A stretch of 64,000 bases of DNA, taken from the sequence record MN018232.1; one strand, 5' to 3'. The notes below the pieces were generated by a model. It had not been told where the DNA came from and did not search any database. It worked only from the letters and a program-made list of their open reading frames with translations. Made by a program: the position numbers and the translations under genes. Positions 8,516 through 18,867 of this stretch are shown here, one piece after another (position 1 is the first letter of the stretch; each line of letters starts with the position of its first letter).

Positions 8516-8888
8516 TAGAAATACCTTTTAGAGCATCTAAACATGTTTGATCTAATTCAATATCATGTATGTAACTTTTTGGATAGTCTGGTAACTTATC
8601 CAAGAACACAACAAATGTTTTTATTGGAGACCACAAACTCTTATCAATTTTGTAGAACAACATTGGTGTTGTTGCATCACCAAAAATATTATACAGAATG
8701 ATGAAATGATTAATTAAAAGATGTACCTTTAAATCACCACTTGTCTTATACCGTTTGAGGAGTCTTTTGATGTATCTGAATCGACTCAGATCTTTATCAA
8801 AATCCTCCCTTGTAACGGCTTGGGGATTCTCATAATTTTTAATCGCGAAGATGAGGAAGTTCTCCTCATTCAATTCATTAAAAAGCAT
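8508..8888 (-). CDS. Conserved T4-like hypothetical protein (126 aa)
   Basis: LNEENFLIFAIKNYENP...LLINHFIILYNIFG pattern recognised from T4-like phages. Confidence 0.8.
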   Translation of the reverse strand: MLFNELNEENFLIFAIKNYENPQAVTREDFDKDLSRFRYIKRLLKRYKTSGDLKVHLLINHFIILYNIFGDATTPMLFYKIDKSLWSPIKTFVVFLDKLPDYPKSYIHDIELDQTCLDALKGISNG

Positions 8889-8891
8889 TTA

Positions 8892-9410
8892 TCATTCAGC
8901 AGTAGGGTAGTCAATACCACCAGTTGTAATACCAGACATAGCAACCAGAGTCTCTTTCTTGACTCTCAGATTACCAAGGTTGTCAAGATAAGTTGTAACA
9001 CCAACCCAACCTTCATGAGTAACAGTATACTCAGAAGAAACACCTTCTGCGTTTGCTACACCATATACCAGTGAGTCAGGTGTACCATATGATGCTTCAC
9101 TGTAAACAGAATTGAGTACAGATGACTTAGGAAGTTGAGATACGGTGAAGTTTGCACCAGCAATAGCTGCACCACTCAGACCCATGGTTGAACCGATGGT
9201 CAGTGATTCAGAGTTAGCGATACTTACAATAACAGCATCACCATAATATGTGTTTCCACTACCTCTAGTACCAAAGCGAATTACATCACCCTCTGCACAA
9301 CCACCATCAATACCAAATGATGTGCCAGAACCAGTGACAACTCCTGTAGAGTAGTTCAGGGAAACTGTACCTGCAGATCCCACATTGTCGTTGTTTCCCC
9401 AAAGTGCCAT
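8892..9410 (-). CDS. Putative virion structural protein (172 aa)
   Basis: Start reassigned to MALWG; Gly/Ser/Thr-rich; directly downstream of TATAAATA. Confidence 0.75.
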   Translation of the reverse strand: MALWGNNDNVGSAGTVSLNYSTGVVTGSGTSFGIDGGCAEGDVIRFGTRGSGNTYYGDAVIVSIANSESLTIGSTMGLSGAAIAGANFTVSQLPKSSVLNSVYSEASYGTPDSLVYGVANAEGVSSEYTVTHEGWVGVTTYLDNLGNLRVKKETLVAMSGITTGGIDYPTAE

Positions 9411-9444
9411 GTCTTGTGCCCTTGTAAAGTTACTTTCTTTCAAA

Positions 9445-9478
9445 TATTTATAAAAAAATAGGAGACAAGAATGTCTCC
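9445..9478 (-). promoter_or_regulatory. Intrinsic terminator fused to T4-type late promoter
   Basis: GGAGACA-TTCT-TGTCTCC hairpin, then T-run running into TATAAATA (9452-9445). Confidence 0.8.
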
Positions 9479-9484
9479 GTTATA

Positions 9485-9685
9485 TCATTCTTCTCTGGTT
9501 TTAATTGCCTTTGCAACTACCTCAAGAAGTTCATCATCCATATCTGTCTTAGTAAGTTTAACTGCTTTACCAAGAATTACCAAACAAACATCAATCAGTT
9601 TCTCACCCAGTTCTTCATTCTCAGGAATCTTTGCAACCGCATCAGAAATAATCTTTGATGCAAATGGAAGTAAAAATGATAGCAT
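9485..9685 (-). CDS. Hypothetical protein (66 aa)
   Basis: Clean ORF between a promoter-like TATATAA and a terminator. Confidence 0.75.
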   Translation of the reverse strand: MLSFLLPFASKIISDAVAKIPENEELGEKLIDVCLVILGKAVKLTKTDMDDELLEVVAKAIKTREE

Positions 9686-9716
9686 GGTGAATACCTAGTA
9701 CTATCTTATATAGGAA

Positions 9717-10526
9717 TCAGTCTCTTGCTGAGGTATGTTTTGACATAATTTTTGCTTCTCTTTCTTGAGCTTTAGTCCGACCGTACTTAGACTGAAGTTT
9801 ATTACGGAAGGAACGTTGTGCTGCTTGAAGATCACCCTCAGAAGGTTTTGATCCACGTTCTTGTTTAGGTTGACGTGACCCTGGATTTTCTTTGCGGAAC
9901 TTGTCAACTATTCCCTTATACTTTCCTTCCTTTTCATACCCAGCAACCTTCTTGCCCTGTGCTTCTACTTCTGGATTTCTTTCTTCCTTGGCAAGTTTAG
10001 TTGCAGTAGCATACATTACAGACTTGGCATCATCACCATATCTCTTTTCAAAACCACCCTTGGACTTCTTCATGCCCTTTACAATTCTTTCTTTCTCCTC
10101 TTTCTCATCAGAAGAAAGGGTTCTTTCCTGAACTTGTGTTGGAGACTGGGCACTCTTCTTTCTCTCCTTCGCAATCTTCATATCAGTCTTTGCAATATCG
10201 GCTTCTTTCTTAGCCCTTCTCATCATGAGTGCTTCAAGATTCTCTTCTACCTTACCAGGCTTTCTACCTTCTTTCTTGTCCTTCTCATCTTGCATACGTT
10301 TGAGATCTTCAGCACTTAACTTCTCGTCAAGTTCTGTGACTTCAAGAATTGTTGCACCAATCTCGTCGAATGCTTCTGTCATCTGTGGGTTGATGACGAT
10401 CTTGTTCTTTACTTCTTTCGTATCAATCTTTCTCTCAGACTTCTTATCAGTCTTTGGTTCTGAGGAAGGAACATCTACAACCTCTCTGAGATCCTCTCTC
10501 CAATTAGAAAATTTATTTCTCTTCAT
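9717..10526 (-). CDS. Highly charged hypothetical protein (269 aa)
   Basis: Lys/Glu-rich, modular. Confidence 0.8.
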   Translation of the reverse strand: MKRNKFSNWREDLREVVDVPSSEPKTDKKSERKIDTKEVKNKIVINPQMTEAFDEIGATILEVTELDEKLSAEDLKRMQDEKDKKEGRKPGKVEENLEALMMRRAKKEADIAKTDMKIAKERKKSAQSPTQVQERTLSSDEKEEKERIVKGMKKSKGGFEKRYGDDAKSVMYATATKLAKEERNPEVEAQGKKVAGYEKEGKYKGIVDKFRKENPGSRQPKQERGSKPSEGDLQAAQRSFRNKLQSKYGRTKAQEREAKIMSKHTSARD

Positions 10527-10535
10527 GTTACTAGA

Positions 10536-11834
10536 TTAGATACTCTTTTTCTTGTAGTTATTTAGAAATTCTCTGAAATTTGATTTAGGTCCTTTGTATG
10601 GCTTACCACCGTCTTGAAGGTTTGTCTTATCTCCCTTTTCAAATCCTGGTGTCATGTCAGCAACATGTTTGAAGTATCCTGTCGTGCCAGTCAGAGTGTT
10701 TGGTTTCTTAGGAAGTCTCATCTTACGATCCATCTTGACTTCATTATACTCACGAAGATCACGAATCCAAGACTTGAACATGATATCTTCTTCGGTAACA
10801 CAGATCAGATAATTAGTTCCTCTACGAACAATCTTACCGACCAATCCAGTGTTTAAGTTTTCTACCAATTGATTAATCTTAAAGATCTTACCAGTCACAT
10901 AGTTTTCACGAAGATTCTTCCAGTCAAACTTGGGAGCAATCTGCCAAAGTGACCAACCCTCCTCAACATTCATTGCCTTACGAACTGTAGTCATGATTGA
11001 CTTAGCAGTTGCGTCGTCAATGTTATCAGGAACACCTGATCTGAATGTATCAAAGTCACCTTCTGCTGCAGCCTTTCTCATCTTAGATGCAGACATACCA
11101 GCTACACCTTCTGCATCATCCTCTCTCTGACCTGCCGAAATAGTCTCAATCTCATCGAAATCATACAGGTCACCATTGTATTTCTGAGCCAGGTTGTCAA
11201 ACTCACCAACTCTATCAGAACCTACAACGATCTTGATGTTTGAGTATCCCTCACCTGAAGCAATCTTAAGTGCATCAAAGATAGTCTTCACACTCTCATC
11301 ATTGATGATTGATTCCTCATGATCGGGGAACATCTTCTTCATCAAATCAGTCTTCTGACCTGGTTCTAATGGATTCTTCTTGGGGTCATTTGATCTTGAA
11401 GGGTAGATTCTAAGATCACCATCACCAGCAACTTGAGCAGAAGCATCAAGAAGTTTCTTATGACCAGTGGTAGGGGGATTAAATCTACCAAACACCAGTG
11501 TCAGTGTCTCACCAGTCTTATCACCACCTGTTACTTCGTTTCCTTCTTCCTCTCCACCACTCTGTCTCTTACCACCTTCTACTTCAGGTTGTGCAGTTCT
11601 CTTCTGTGGTTGTTGTTCTGGAGTTTTATATTGTGCGGTCTTACCTGTCTCCTGTCTTTCTGCACCACCCTTTCTATCAGTGAATCTCAGTTCACCACCT
11701 TCTGTTCTAGCAACAATATTACCAGCCTTATCAACCCAGTTTCCCTGACCATCACCAGTCAGACCAAGCTGCTTCGCCTTAGTGGAAGCCTTAGTCTGTC
11801 TTGCTTCAGAAAAGAAATTTAAGAAACTCTTCAT
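10536..11834 (-). CDS. Cytidylyltransferase-family nucleotidyltransferase (432 aa)
   Basis: FGRFNPPTTGHKKL (HxGH-type), VVGSDR, MSASKMR; start set at MKSFL. Confidence 0.88.
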   Translation of the reverse strand: MKSFLNFFSEARQTKASTKAKQLGLTGDGQGNWVDKAGNIVARTEGGELRFTDRKGGAERQETGKTAQYKTPEQQPQKRTAQPEVEGGKRQSGGEEEGNEVTGGDKTGETLTLVFGRFNPPTTGHKKLLDASAQVAGDGDLRIYPSRSNDPKKNPLEPGQKTDLMKKMFPDHEESIINDESVKTIFDALKIASGEGYSNIKIVVGSDRVGEFDNLAQKYNGDLYDFDEIETISAGQREDDAEGVAGMSASKMRKAAAEGDFDTFRSGVPDNIDDATAKSIMTTVRKAMNVEEGWSLWQIAPKFDWKNLRENYVTGKIFKINQLVENLNTGLVGKIVRRGTNYLICVTEEDIMFKSWIRDLREYNEVKMDRKMRLPKKPNTLTGTTGYFKHVADMTPGFEKGDKTNLQDGGKPYKGPKSNFREFLNNYKKKSI

Positions 11835-11855
11835 TTCTATCAATACCTTATATTT

Positions 11856-11863
11856 TATTTATT
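11856..11863 (-). promoter_or_regulatory. T4-type late promoter
   Basis: AATAAATA 22 nt upstream of the ATG at 11834. Confidence 0.7.
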
Positions 11864-12405
11864 AGAAGAACCTGGTGTTCTTATTATACTTGGAAATAAA
11901 TGACTTTCCATAAGAAGTGGACACTCTTTTGACTGTCTCATACTCCTCCTTGAAGACCTTACCAGCCTTCTTATCGTCAAGAATATCCTGATCGATAAGA
12001 CCAAGTTCAATTAACTTTTTGTTGACAGCCTTTGGTTCTCTTGCTTCATTTCCTGCAGAAATAGCTTCTGCCCAACCATCCATATATCTCTGTCTATCTG
12101 CTGGTTTTGCATTAGCCATGGACTGTAGAAACCCACGGTATACATTTTCCTGAAGTGCTACTGTTCTTCTACCTGATTTATCAGTGATACCTCTACTTAA
12201 TCCTGTTGCTTTAAGTAATTGTTTACCAAGTTTCGACTTCATACCATTTGCTTTCTTCTTATCCTTTGGATCGGTTGCAACTTTACGGAACTCGTCTCTT
12301 AGACTTGTGTATCTACCATCGTCTTCACCGAAGTGTTCTTGTAAGATTTCTCTAGTAACTCCGTCACCAAGACCCTTACCACCCTCACCAAGAAGTGTAG
12401 TATTT
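11862..12405 (-). pseudogene. C-terminal fragment of a hypothetical protein, 5'-truncated at junction 1
   Basis: No credible start or RBS; the ORF head runs into the opposite-strand fragment. Confidence 0.6.
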
Positions 12406-12410
12406 TGCTG
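12398..12410. other. Junction 1 (segments A/B), probable contig join
   Basis: Two head-to-head genes both lack N-termini, with no intergenic space; the plus frame is closed by TAG at 12398-12400. Confidence 0.7.
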
Positions 12411-12826
12411 GTGACTTAGTTGCAAAAGAATTTACACAAACACCTACACGTTTGATGAGTCATGTGTTTGATGTGGGTGCAATGCCTAACGGTACTGGTA
12501 ATGACCAGTTAGAACAATGGAAACAGAATCCATCCTCACCTAACTATGATGCTGAGAACACCATGGCTCAGTCTGTGATGAGATACAATCAGATGTTCAC
12601 GGTCAAGATTAACGTGACTCTTGAAGCAGACTTAAGTATCAAGGCAGGTGATGTAGTACAGTGTGAATTTCCTGAGGTAACTGGAGAGCAAGCAAAGGAT
12701 ACAAATCCTCAGACAGGAGGTATATATATGGTAGCAAGTGTGTGTCATAGAATTACACCACGAGAATCTTTTACAAAATTAGCTCTGGTTAGAGATTCAT
12801 TTGGTAAGAAAACAGGATTTAAATGA
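12401..12826 (+). pseudogene. C-terminal fragment of baseplate hub-associated protein, 5'-truncated
   Basis: Frame open from 12401 (YFAGDLVAKEF...); IKAGDVVQCEFP and YMVASVCHRI typical of hub proteins preceding gp5. Confidence 0.6.
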
Positions 12827-15198
12827 TAGAACAAGGACTCTTTAAAAGATATTTCGTAGGTAGAGACGGATTCATTTGGTGGATCGGTCAGGTTGCCCCT
12901 GAGTCCTCATGGAAAGACAACAAGGCTGGTATTCCTGTTGGTACTAATGAAGAGATAAAGGGTTTTGGTGAGAGATACCGTGTTCGCATTATGGGTTACC
13001 ATACTGCAAACATCGATGAGATTCCTGATGATGAATTGCCTTGGGCATATGTCATGTATCCAGTCACGGCTGGTGGTGGTGGGCGTTCAGGTTCTCAGTC
13101 TGCAAACATATCTCAGGGTGATTTTGTCTTTGGCTTCTTCATGGATGGTGAGGATGCTCAGATGCCTGTCATTATGGGTATCCTTGGTAACAATGAGTAT
13201 GCTGCTGTCAGTAAAAACATAACCAAGGCAAGGTTTGTTCCATTCAGTGGTTATACAGAGAATGATAACACTTCATATTACTCTCTGAGAGTTGAACAAG
13301 GTGGTCAGGTTGTAGAACAAACTGGGGGTAATGGAGAAGGTAAGACAGAAGCACAAGGACAATTAACAGGACCTAAAAATAATGAAAAGGTTAATGAAGC
13401 AGCAACTGCATCAACATCTATTAAGGATGCTGCATCTGAAGTAGCAGCAGAGGAACAAAGTCAACCCATTGCTGAACCAGAAGATTGTGAACCAATCCCT
13501 ACAGGTAGAATTCAAAAACAACTTCAGAATATTATTGTAGAAATTCAGAAACTTCAAAAGTCACAATACAAATACTCTCTTGCTGTCAAGAATAATATCG
13601 GTGACATTCAAGAACAAATCAATAAACAGATTGAGAAGGCTCAAAAGTTTATTGCTGAGAACATGAAGTGGATATTCACTCAGGTTCAAAAGTTTGTTAT
13701 CAACACAGTCAATAAGGGTATGAAGAAGACTTACTTCTTATTGTTCCCTAACGAGAGACCAGAACTAAAGAAGGCTGTAGATAATGTTAATGATTTGATT
13801 GCTTGTCTGTTTAGAAAATTGATTGGTGGTTTACTCGAACAGATGGGCAGTTTTGTCAAGGATGCTGCAAAGAAAGTAATCAACGCAGCAGAGTGTGTCG
13901 CAGAGAATATGATAAGCAACACACTTGGTAAGATTATTAAACAAGTTCAGGACACACTTAATCAAGCCTTAGGTTCTATTACTTCATTGGTTGGTCAAGC
14001 ACAATCAATTGTTGATGATATTGTAGGAACCATCACAGATGTTCTTTCATTCTTGACTTGTGAGGAGAAACCTAAGTGTTCTGAAGTTAATGAGTGGAAC
14101 ATTCTGAGTGGTGCTGGTAAGTTAGCTAAGGGAGACTTAGAAAGTATCATCGGTAAGTCAAAGAATTTTGCGAAAGGATTTGAGACATCATTGCAAAATG
14201 CTCAAGGTGGAGTAGAAGGATTATTAAACAATGACTTCAGTGATGCATTTAATGTAGATGGTTGTGGTATTGGACCACTTTTATGTGGACCACCAATTGC
14301 TGAGTTCTTTGGTTCAGGTTCAAATGCTGCAGGTAACTTGATTATTGGTACTGCAGGTGAAGTTCTTGGTATTGATATGAAGAGCTTTGGATTTGGTTAC
14401 GACCCACAAAGAAGTTTTGCAAAGGTCAAAGACCAGTGTGGTAAAGGTAAAGGTGCAGTCATTAGACCAATTGTTGAGGACTATACCGATGATGATGGTA
14501 ATATTCAAAGTGGTATTGTAGACATCGAAGTTGTTTATCCTGGCACTGGTTACTTATCTGCTCCTGATGGTAGTAAAGGTGGTAACGAATACACATGGGC
14601 TGATCCAGATGATTCTATAGTCAAGAAACCAAACGGTGATTATGATGTACCTAAACCACCAGGTAATATTATTGTTGTTGGACCAGGAGATGAAGTTACG
14701 ATTCCACCTGGTACTGTTGTAGTTACTGAACCAATCGAAGGTGATCAAGGTGGTGGTGAAGAGATCATTGGTGGTAATCCTGTGACAGTTGAACGTCCAG
14801 GTAAGTTTACTTCTCCACTTCCAGATTATAATAGAGTCTCAGGTGACTATCCATCAGAATCTAATGGTTCTTATCCTGTTATCCTTTATCTTTGTGAGAT
14901 TGTCATTGACAATAGTGGTATCAACTATTCATTTGAAGATAAGGTTGTGATTGAACCTGACATTGGTGCAAAGGCAGAGGCGAAGTTTGATCAACAGGGT
15001 AGAGTTATTTCTGTTAAAGTTACTGAACAAGGTGAAGGATTCACAGAGTTCCCAAGACTTTACATTAGGTCAGAGACAGGTTATAATGCTCAATTAAGAC
15101 CAAAACTTTGTATAGATAGAGTTGGTTCTGATGAACTCAAACAACCAACAACTCAAGACAAGGTTGTTAGAGTCATTGACTGTGTAGGTAAGTTCTGA
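12823..15198 (+). CDS. gp5: Baseplate hub subunit (T4 gp5-like)
   Basis: GFIWWIGQV...RYRVRIMGYH...LPWA OB-fold N-terminus; VVYPGTGY-type Gly-Tyr modules; no T4 lysozyme domain recognised. Confidence 0.85.
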   Translation: MIEQGLFKRYFVGRDGFIWWIGQVAPESSWKDNKAGIPVGTNEEIKGFGERYRVRIMGYHTANIDEIPDDELPWAYVMYPVTAGGGGRSGSQSANISQGDFVFGFFMDGEDAQMPVIMGILGNNEYAAVSKNITKARFVPFSGYTENDNTSYYSLRVEQGGQVVEQTGGNGEGKTEAQGQLTGPKNNEKVNEAATASTSIKDAASEVAAEEQSQPIAEPEDCEPIPTGRIQKQLQNIIVEIQKLQKSQYKYSLAVKNNIGDIQEQINKQIEKAQKFIAENMKWIFTQVQKFVINTVNKGMKKTYFLLFPNERPELKKAVDNVNDLIACLFRKLIGGLLEQMGSFVKDAAKKVINAAECVAENMISNTLGKIIKQVQDTLNQALGSITSLVGQAQSIVDDIVGTITDVLSFLTCEEKPKCSEVNEWNILSGAGKLAKGDLESIIGKSKNFAKGFETSLQNAQGGVEGLLNNDFSDAFNVDGCGIGPLLCGPPIAEFFGSGSNAAGNLIIGTAGEVLGIDMKSFGFGYDPQRSFAKVKDQCGKGKGAVIRPIVEDYTDDDGNIQSGIVDIEVVYPGTGYLSAPDGSKGGNEYTWADPDDSIVKKPNGDYDVPKPPGNIIVVGPGDEVTIPPGTVVVTEPIEGDQGGGEEIIGGNPVTVERPGKFTSPLPDYNRVSGDYPSESNGSYPVILYLCEIVIDNSGINYSFEDKVVIEPDIGAKAEAKFDQQGRVISVKVTEQGEGFTEFPRLYIRSETGYNAQLRPKLCIDRVGSDELKQPTTQDKVVRVIDCVGKF

Positions 15199-15773
15199 TG
15201 GCAGAGTTAAAAAATTACCATACTATTAGGTATGGTACCGCAGAGGGTGAACTACAGTTTGGACATATCACTCAAGATAATGTCCTCTCTGCTGTCATGT
15301 TGAGAAACGGTGGTTCTTTAAAACATTACATTACTCTTGATGCTACGGGTGAGAAACATAGAAAACATGGTACCATCTGTCGTTCACCTGGTAGTTTTCA
15401 GGTAAGGGCAGGAGACAATGTAGACGATGACCATCCTGGAGTATACATTGAAGCAGTTAGTGGTGACTTGGTACTCAAGGCACCAAGTGGAAGGGTCAGG
15501 ATTGAAGGTATCAATATTGACCTTGTAGCATCAGGTGCAGATGGTGAAAATGGTGTAGTAAATATTAATGGTAACGAAAAAGTTATTATTAAGTCACAGA
15601 CTATTGATGTATCATCAAAAGTATCTACCAAGATATTCTCTGAGAAAACTGTAGAGACTATCGGAAGAGGTATTCTTAACATGTATGGTGGTCTTGTTGA
15701 TGTTGCAGATGGTGCAACAAGTGTGAAGGGATCAAAATCTATCTCTCAAAATGAGGAGCAAAACAGAGAATGA
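15198..15773 (+). CDS. Baseplate hub/spike-associated protein
   Basis: Beta-strand periodic Gly/Ile/Val pattern; coupled to gp5 (TGATG). Confidence 0.65.
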   Translation: MAELKNYHTIRYGTAEGELQFGHITQDNVLSAVMLRNGGSLKHYITLDATGEKHRKHGTICRSPGSFQVRAGDNVDDDHPGVYIEAVSGDLVLKAPSGRVRIEGINIDLVASGADGENGVVNINGNEKVIIKSQTIDVSSKVSTKIFSEKTVETIGRGILNMYGGLVDVADGATSVKGSKSISQNEEQNRE

Positions 15774-16447
15774 AGGTACCTGATATAAATGTTGGCAAGA
15801 GACTATTTTGTGGTCTTGGTAAACCTGAAATTTTAGGTAGAGGACCAAAAGAAGTACGTGGTTCTGCATATATTGAAGGACCACAAATCACTGGTGACCC
15901 TTCCGAATTCAATAAACCCGACCCTTTTGAATTGGGTGCGACCATGTTGGGTCAGAATGAGAATGTGGAGATGATTCCTCCTCCATTCTATGCAATGATT
16001 ACAAAAACCTATGCAAGAATTAAAAGTTTCTTGAAGGTTGACAAACTACTTACAGTTTCTAACATCAGAGCAAAAATAATTTACTCTGAGGTTATCATTG
16101 CAAAAGTAAAGAACTTCTCTATTCCTCATCCACAGAGGAAAGGATACAATCTAGTACACTCTTGTCTAGAAGGTCCAGAGAATGGTGTATATCATCGTGG
16201 TAGATTGAGAAATCACGACGAGATTGTACTACCTGAAGTATGGAGAGACCTTGTAGAAGAACTCTCTATCACTGTAACTCTCACACCTATTGGATGTGAA
16301 CAGAGTGTATACATAAAACGTATTCAGGATAATAAGATTACTCTTGGGTCAAGACCTGGTATCCCTATTGATTGTTATTATCTTGTATGTGCCGAAAGAA
16401 AAGATGTTCCCAGACTTAAAACGGAGGTAAAAAATAATGCTAGGTAA
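15770..16447 (+). CDS. Tail-associated protein with intramolecular chaperone (S74-like) domain
   Basis: KNFSIPHP...LVHSCLEGPENGVYHRGRL...ITVTLTPIG. Confidence 0.65.
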   Translation: MKVPDINVGKRLFCGLGKPEILGRGPKEVRGSAYIEGPQITGDPSEFNKPDPFELGATMLGQNENVEMIPPPFYAMITKTYARIKSFLKVDKLLTVSNIRAKIIYSEVIIAKVKNFSIPHPQRKGYNLVHSCLEGPENGVYHRGRLRNHDEIVLPEVWRDLVEELSITVTLTPIGCEQSVYIKRIQDNKITLGSRPGIPIDCYYLVCAERKDVPRLKTEVKNNAR

Positions 16448-17279
16448 TTATAATATTAAAGAGGTTCCATATAAGTTTATTTTCAAACACTTTGGAACAT
16501 TTTCTGGACCACAGTATTTTACTGGTGATTTTGATTTTGATGCTACAGACAAAGAGGGTCTATGGCATACATTGATTAACCAAGACACCGCATTCAAGAA
16601 TACAGATATTGGTTCATTCTTGATGAACACATATGAAAATTATGTGGGTCAACATCTAGACTCTGTGTCAACTGCACAGGTCACAGAAGAAGCATCATTT
16701 GGTAATATTCCTGTCCTTAATGAACTCACTGAGTTTGCCAACATGGTTGGTGACATGCAAACTCTTGGTAATATTGATATTGCTGGTGATGTGGGTCTGA
16801 ATGGTATTCTAGACCTGGCTGGTGTTGGTGATGTCGCCGCATCTATTCTGGATAAGGTACCTTTGAGTGATAAAGGATTTGATATTGAACATCCAACCAA
16901 AAAAGGACACAGAATCAGACACATTTGTGTTGAGGGTCCTGAGGATGGACCGATTTATATTAGAGGTAAACTGAAAGGAACATCAATCACCTGTCCAAGT
17001 TATTGGGATGGTCTTGTTGACCCAGAGAGTATTTCTGTTCAATTAACACCTATTGGTTCATATCAAGAACTGTATGTTGACTCTATTGACTGGGGTAAAA
17101 AGATTGAGATTAGAAATAGAGCTGGTGGTCCTATCGAATGTTACTACCAAGTCTGGGCAGCAAGAAAGTATGATGAGAAATTACATGTAGAATATAAAGG
17201 TGATAGTCCAGCAGATTATCCAGGTGATAATAGTAGATTCTCTATTGCAGGATACGACTACGATAAGAGAGGTAAGTAA
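16437..17279 (+). CDS. Paralogous tail-associated protein with S74-like domain
   Basis: KGFDIEHP...IRHICVEGPEDGPIYIRGKL...ISVQLTPIG. Confidence 0.65.
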   Translation: MLGNYNIKEVPYKFIFKHFGTFSGPQYFTGDFDFDATDKEGLWHTLINQDTAFKNTDIGSFLMNTYENYVGQHLDSVSTAQVTEEASFGNIPVLNELTEFANMVGDMQTLGNIDIAGDVGLNGILDLAGVGDVAASILDKVPLSDKGFDIEHPTKKGHRIRHICVEGPEDGPIYIRGKLKGTSITCPSYWDGLVDPESISVQLTPIGSYQELYVDSIDWGKKIEIRNRAGGPIECYYQVWAARKYDEKLHVEYKGDSPADYPGDNSRFSIAGYDYDKRGK

Positions 17280-18340
17280 TGGGATTCGCAGTTACAAGTT
17301 ATGAGGGATACACACCTGTTGTAGGATTGTTAAATGCACAGGTTGAATCTAAGACAACATTACTCCAGTTGAATGGTAGTCAAACTACTCTGGGTATCAA
17401 TACTTTTAGATACGAACAGTTCAAACAACCTTGTACTGTCATGGATAATGTTGTCATCAATAAGATGGTAGGTATCAATACAAACAAGGATGATATTGTC
17501 ACATTAGGACAATATTCTAACTTTGTAACTTATCCAAAATATTATGCCTCATCTGGAGACGCGGATACTGCAGTTACAACTCAGTTCAACACTGTTCTTA
17601 CTACCAAAGAAGTTTATCACAATCTAAACTTTACAGGAGTTGCGGTCACAGTTTCTCAAAGTATTTCAGCAGGAACTGCAATAAGTTCATTTTCAGGTGC
17701 TACTGGTGTTGTTGCAGTTAATGCAACAGCAACTGTTGGTACGGCACTTAGTGTTCTTGTCAGAAATGTGTCAGGTAATTTTGGTATTGGTCAGACAGTT
17801 TATTTTGGTGTACAACCTGGTATTGCATATAGTGGTGGCCCATCATTTGTAAATTATGTTGGTACTGGTGGTATTCGTAATGATAATACAATTGTCACCT
17901 TCTATCCAGATTTGGAACCACCTAATACAACAGTAGGTAGCCCTTTCAGAAATTATCAGGCAAAACTCCTTGTCACTAATATGTCTGGTCTGGGTGCTGC
18001 TAATACATTCTATTCTAATTCACTTTCCCCTAATGTCATTGGTAGCATTGTTGATTGTGACGATGTAATTCCAGTCAAAGGAACAGTATTCGCATTTAAC
18101 ACAGTCTCTGGTGCAGCAGTAAAAACACAGATTGATTCTGAAATCACAGAGATAGGAACTCAGAGGACAGGTATCACATCTTACGCCAATAGTTCTTCTA
18201 CTATCAAAGGATATAAGAAGGGATATGCATCAAATATCTGGGCATTATCGAAATCTAATTCAAAGGTACAGAATTCAATTACTGACTTGAATGCGGCCAT
18301 AACAATCTTACAAGACCCTGCTTTTGGTGGACCATATTAG
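17279..18340 (+). CDS. Putative virion structural protein (353 aa)
   Basis: Thr/Gly/Val-rich, last gene of the hub operon. Confidence 0.7.
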   Translation: MGFAVTSYEGYTPVVGLLNAQVESKTTLLQLNGSQTTLGINTFRYEQFKQPCTVMDNVVINKMVGINTNKDDIVTLGQYSNFVTYPKYYASSGDADTAVTTQFNTVLTTKEVYHNLNFTGVAVTVSQSISAGTAISSFSGATGVVAVNATATVGTALSVLVRNVSGNFGIGQTVYFGVQPGIAYSGGPSFVNYVGTGGIRNDNTIVTFYPDLEPPNTTVGSPFRNYQAKLLVTNMSGLGAANTFYSNSLSPNVIGSIVDCDDVIPVKGTVFAFNTVSGAAVKTQIDSEITEIGTQRTGITSYANSSSTIKGYKKGYASNIWALSKSNSKVQNSITDLNAAITILQDPAFGGPY

Positions 18341-18385
18341 AACTGGCACTCTGCCCTTGACACGGGGTCTTGACTGACCTATACT
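18341..18385 (+). promoter_or_regulatory. Sigma70-type early promoter with upstream AACTGGCAC box
   Basis: TTGACA (18357-62)-N17-TATACT (18380-85); box ends 30 nt before the -10. Confidence 0.8.
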
Positions 18386-18408
18386 ACTAAGGTAATCAAC
18401 AAACAACT

Positions 18409-18633
18409 ATGTCTGACTTCACCTTTCTTAAGAATGAAGATGACGAATTTCTGACTCGGGTCGTGGTTGACCCTCACCTCAGTAAGTTCTATCTTTACTC
18501 TAGTGTCGGTAACAAACGAACCGTTGACTGTGACGACGAAGACCAGTTCTCCCGTGTTCTTGACTTGATTGAAAAGGTAGTTGACGAGGACATCGTTGCT
18601 TATGCTGAAGCTCCAGTCAAAATCGGCTTTTGA
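18409..18633 (+). CDS. Acidic hypothetical protein (74 aa)
   Basis: First ORF after the early promoter. Confidence 0.8.
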   Translation: MSDFTFLKNEDDEFLTRVVVDPHLSKFYLYSSVGNKRTVDCDDEDQFSRVLDLIEKVVDEDIVAYAEAPVKIGF

Positions 18634-18690
18634 TTTGCAAAATGCCGAGAAAAAAATCCCAGTAAATTTTAGGGCCCATTACTTTTTTAT

Positions 18691-18861
18691 ATGAGACCAG
18701 AAACCCGACAATCCATGGAAATGTTATTTTCTGCAAAATGGAATTTACCAGAAGCAGCAAATAATTGTGGTCTGACGTACAAAGAGATGAAAATTACTTT
18801 TAATGAGTATTGTCGTCTCAATCCACCAACCTACGATAAACTGGGTAATCCTATTACCTGA
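18691..18861 (+). CDS. 56-aa hypothetical protein
   Basis: Read by hand: MRPETRQSMEMLFSAKWNLPEAANNCGLTYKEMKITFNEYCRLNPPTYDKLGNPIT; below ORF-track cutoff. Confidence 0.7.
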   Translation: MRPETRQSMEMLFSAKWNLPEAANNCGLTYKEMKITFNEYCRLNPPTYDKLGNPIT

Positions 18862-18867
18862 TTTTTT

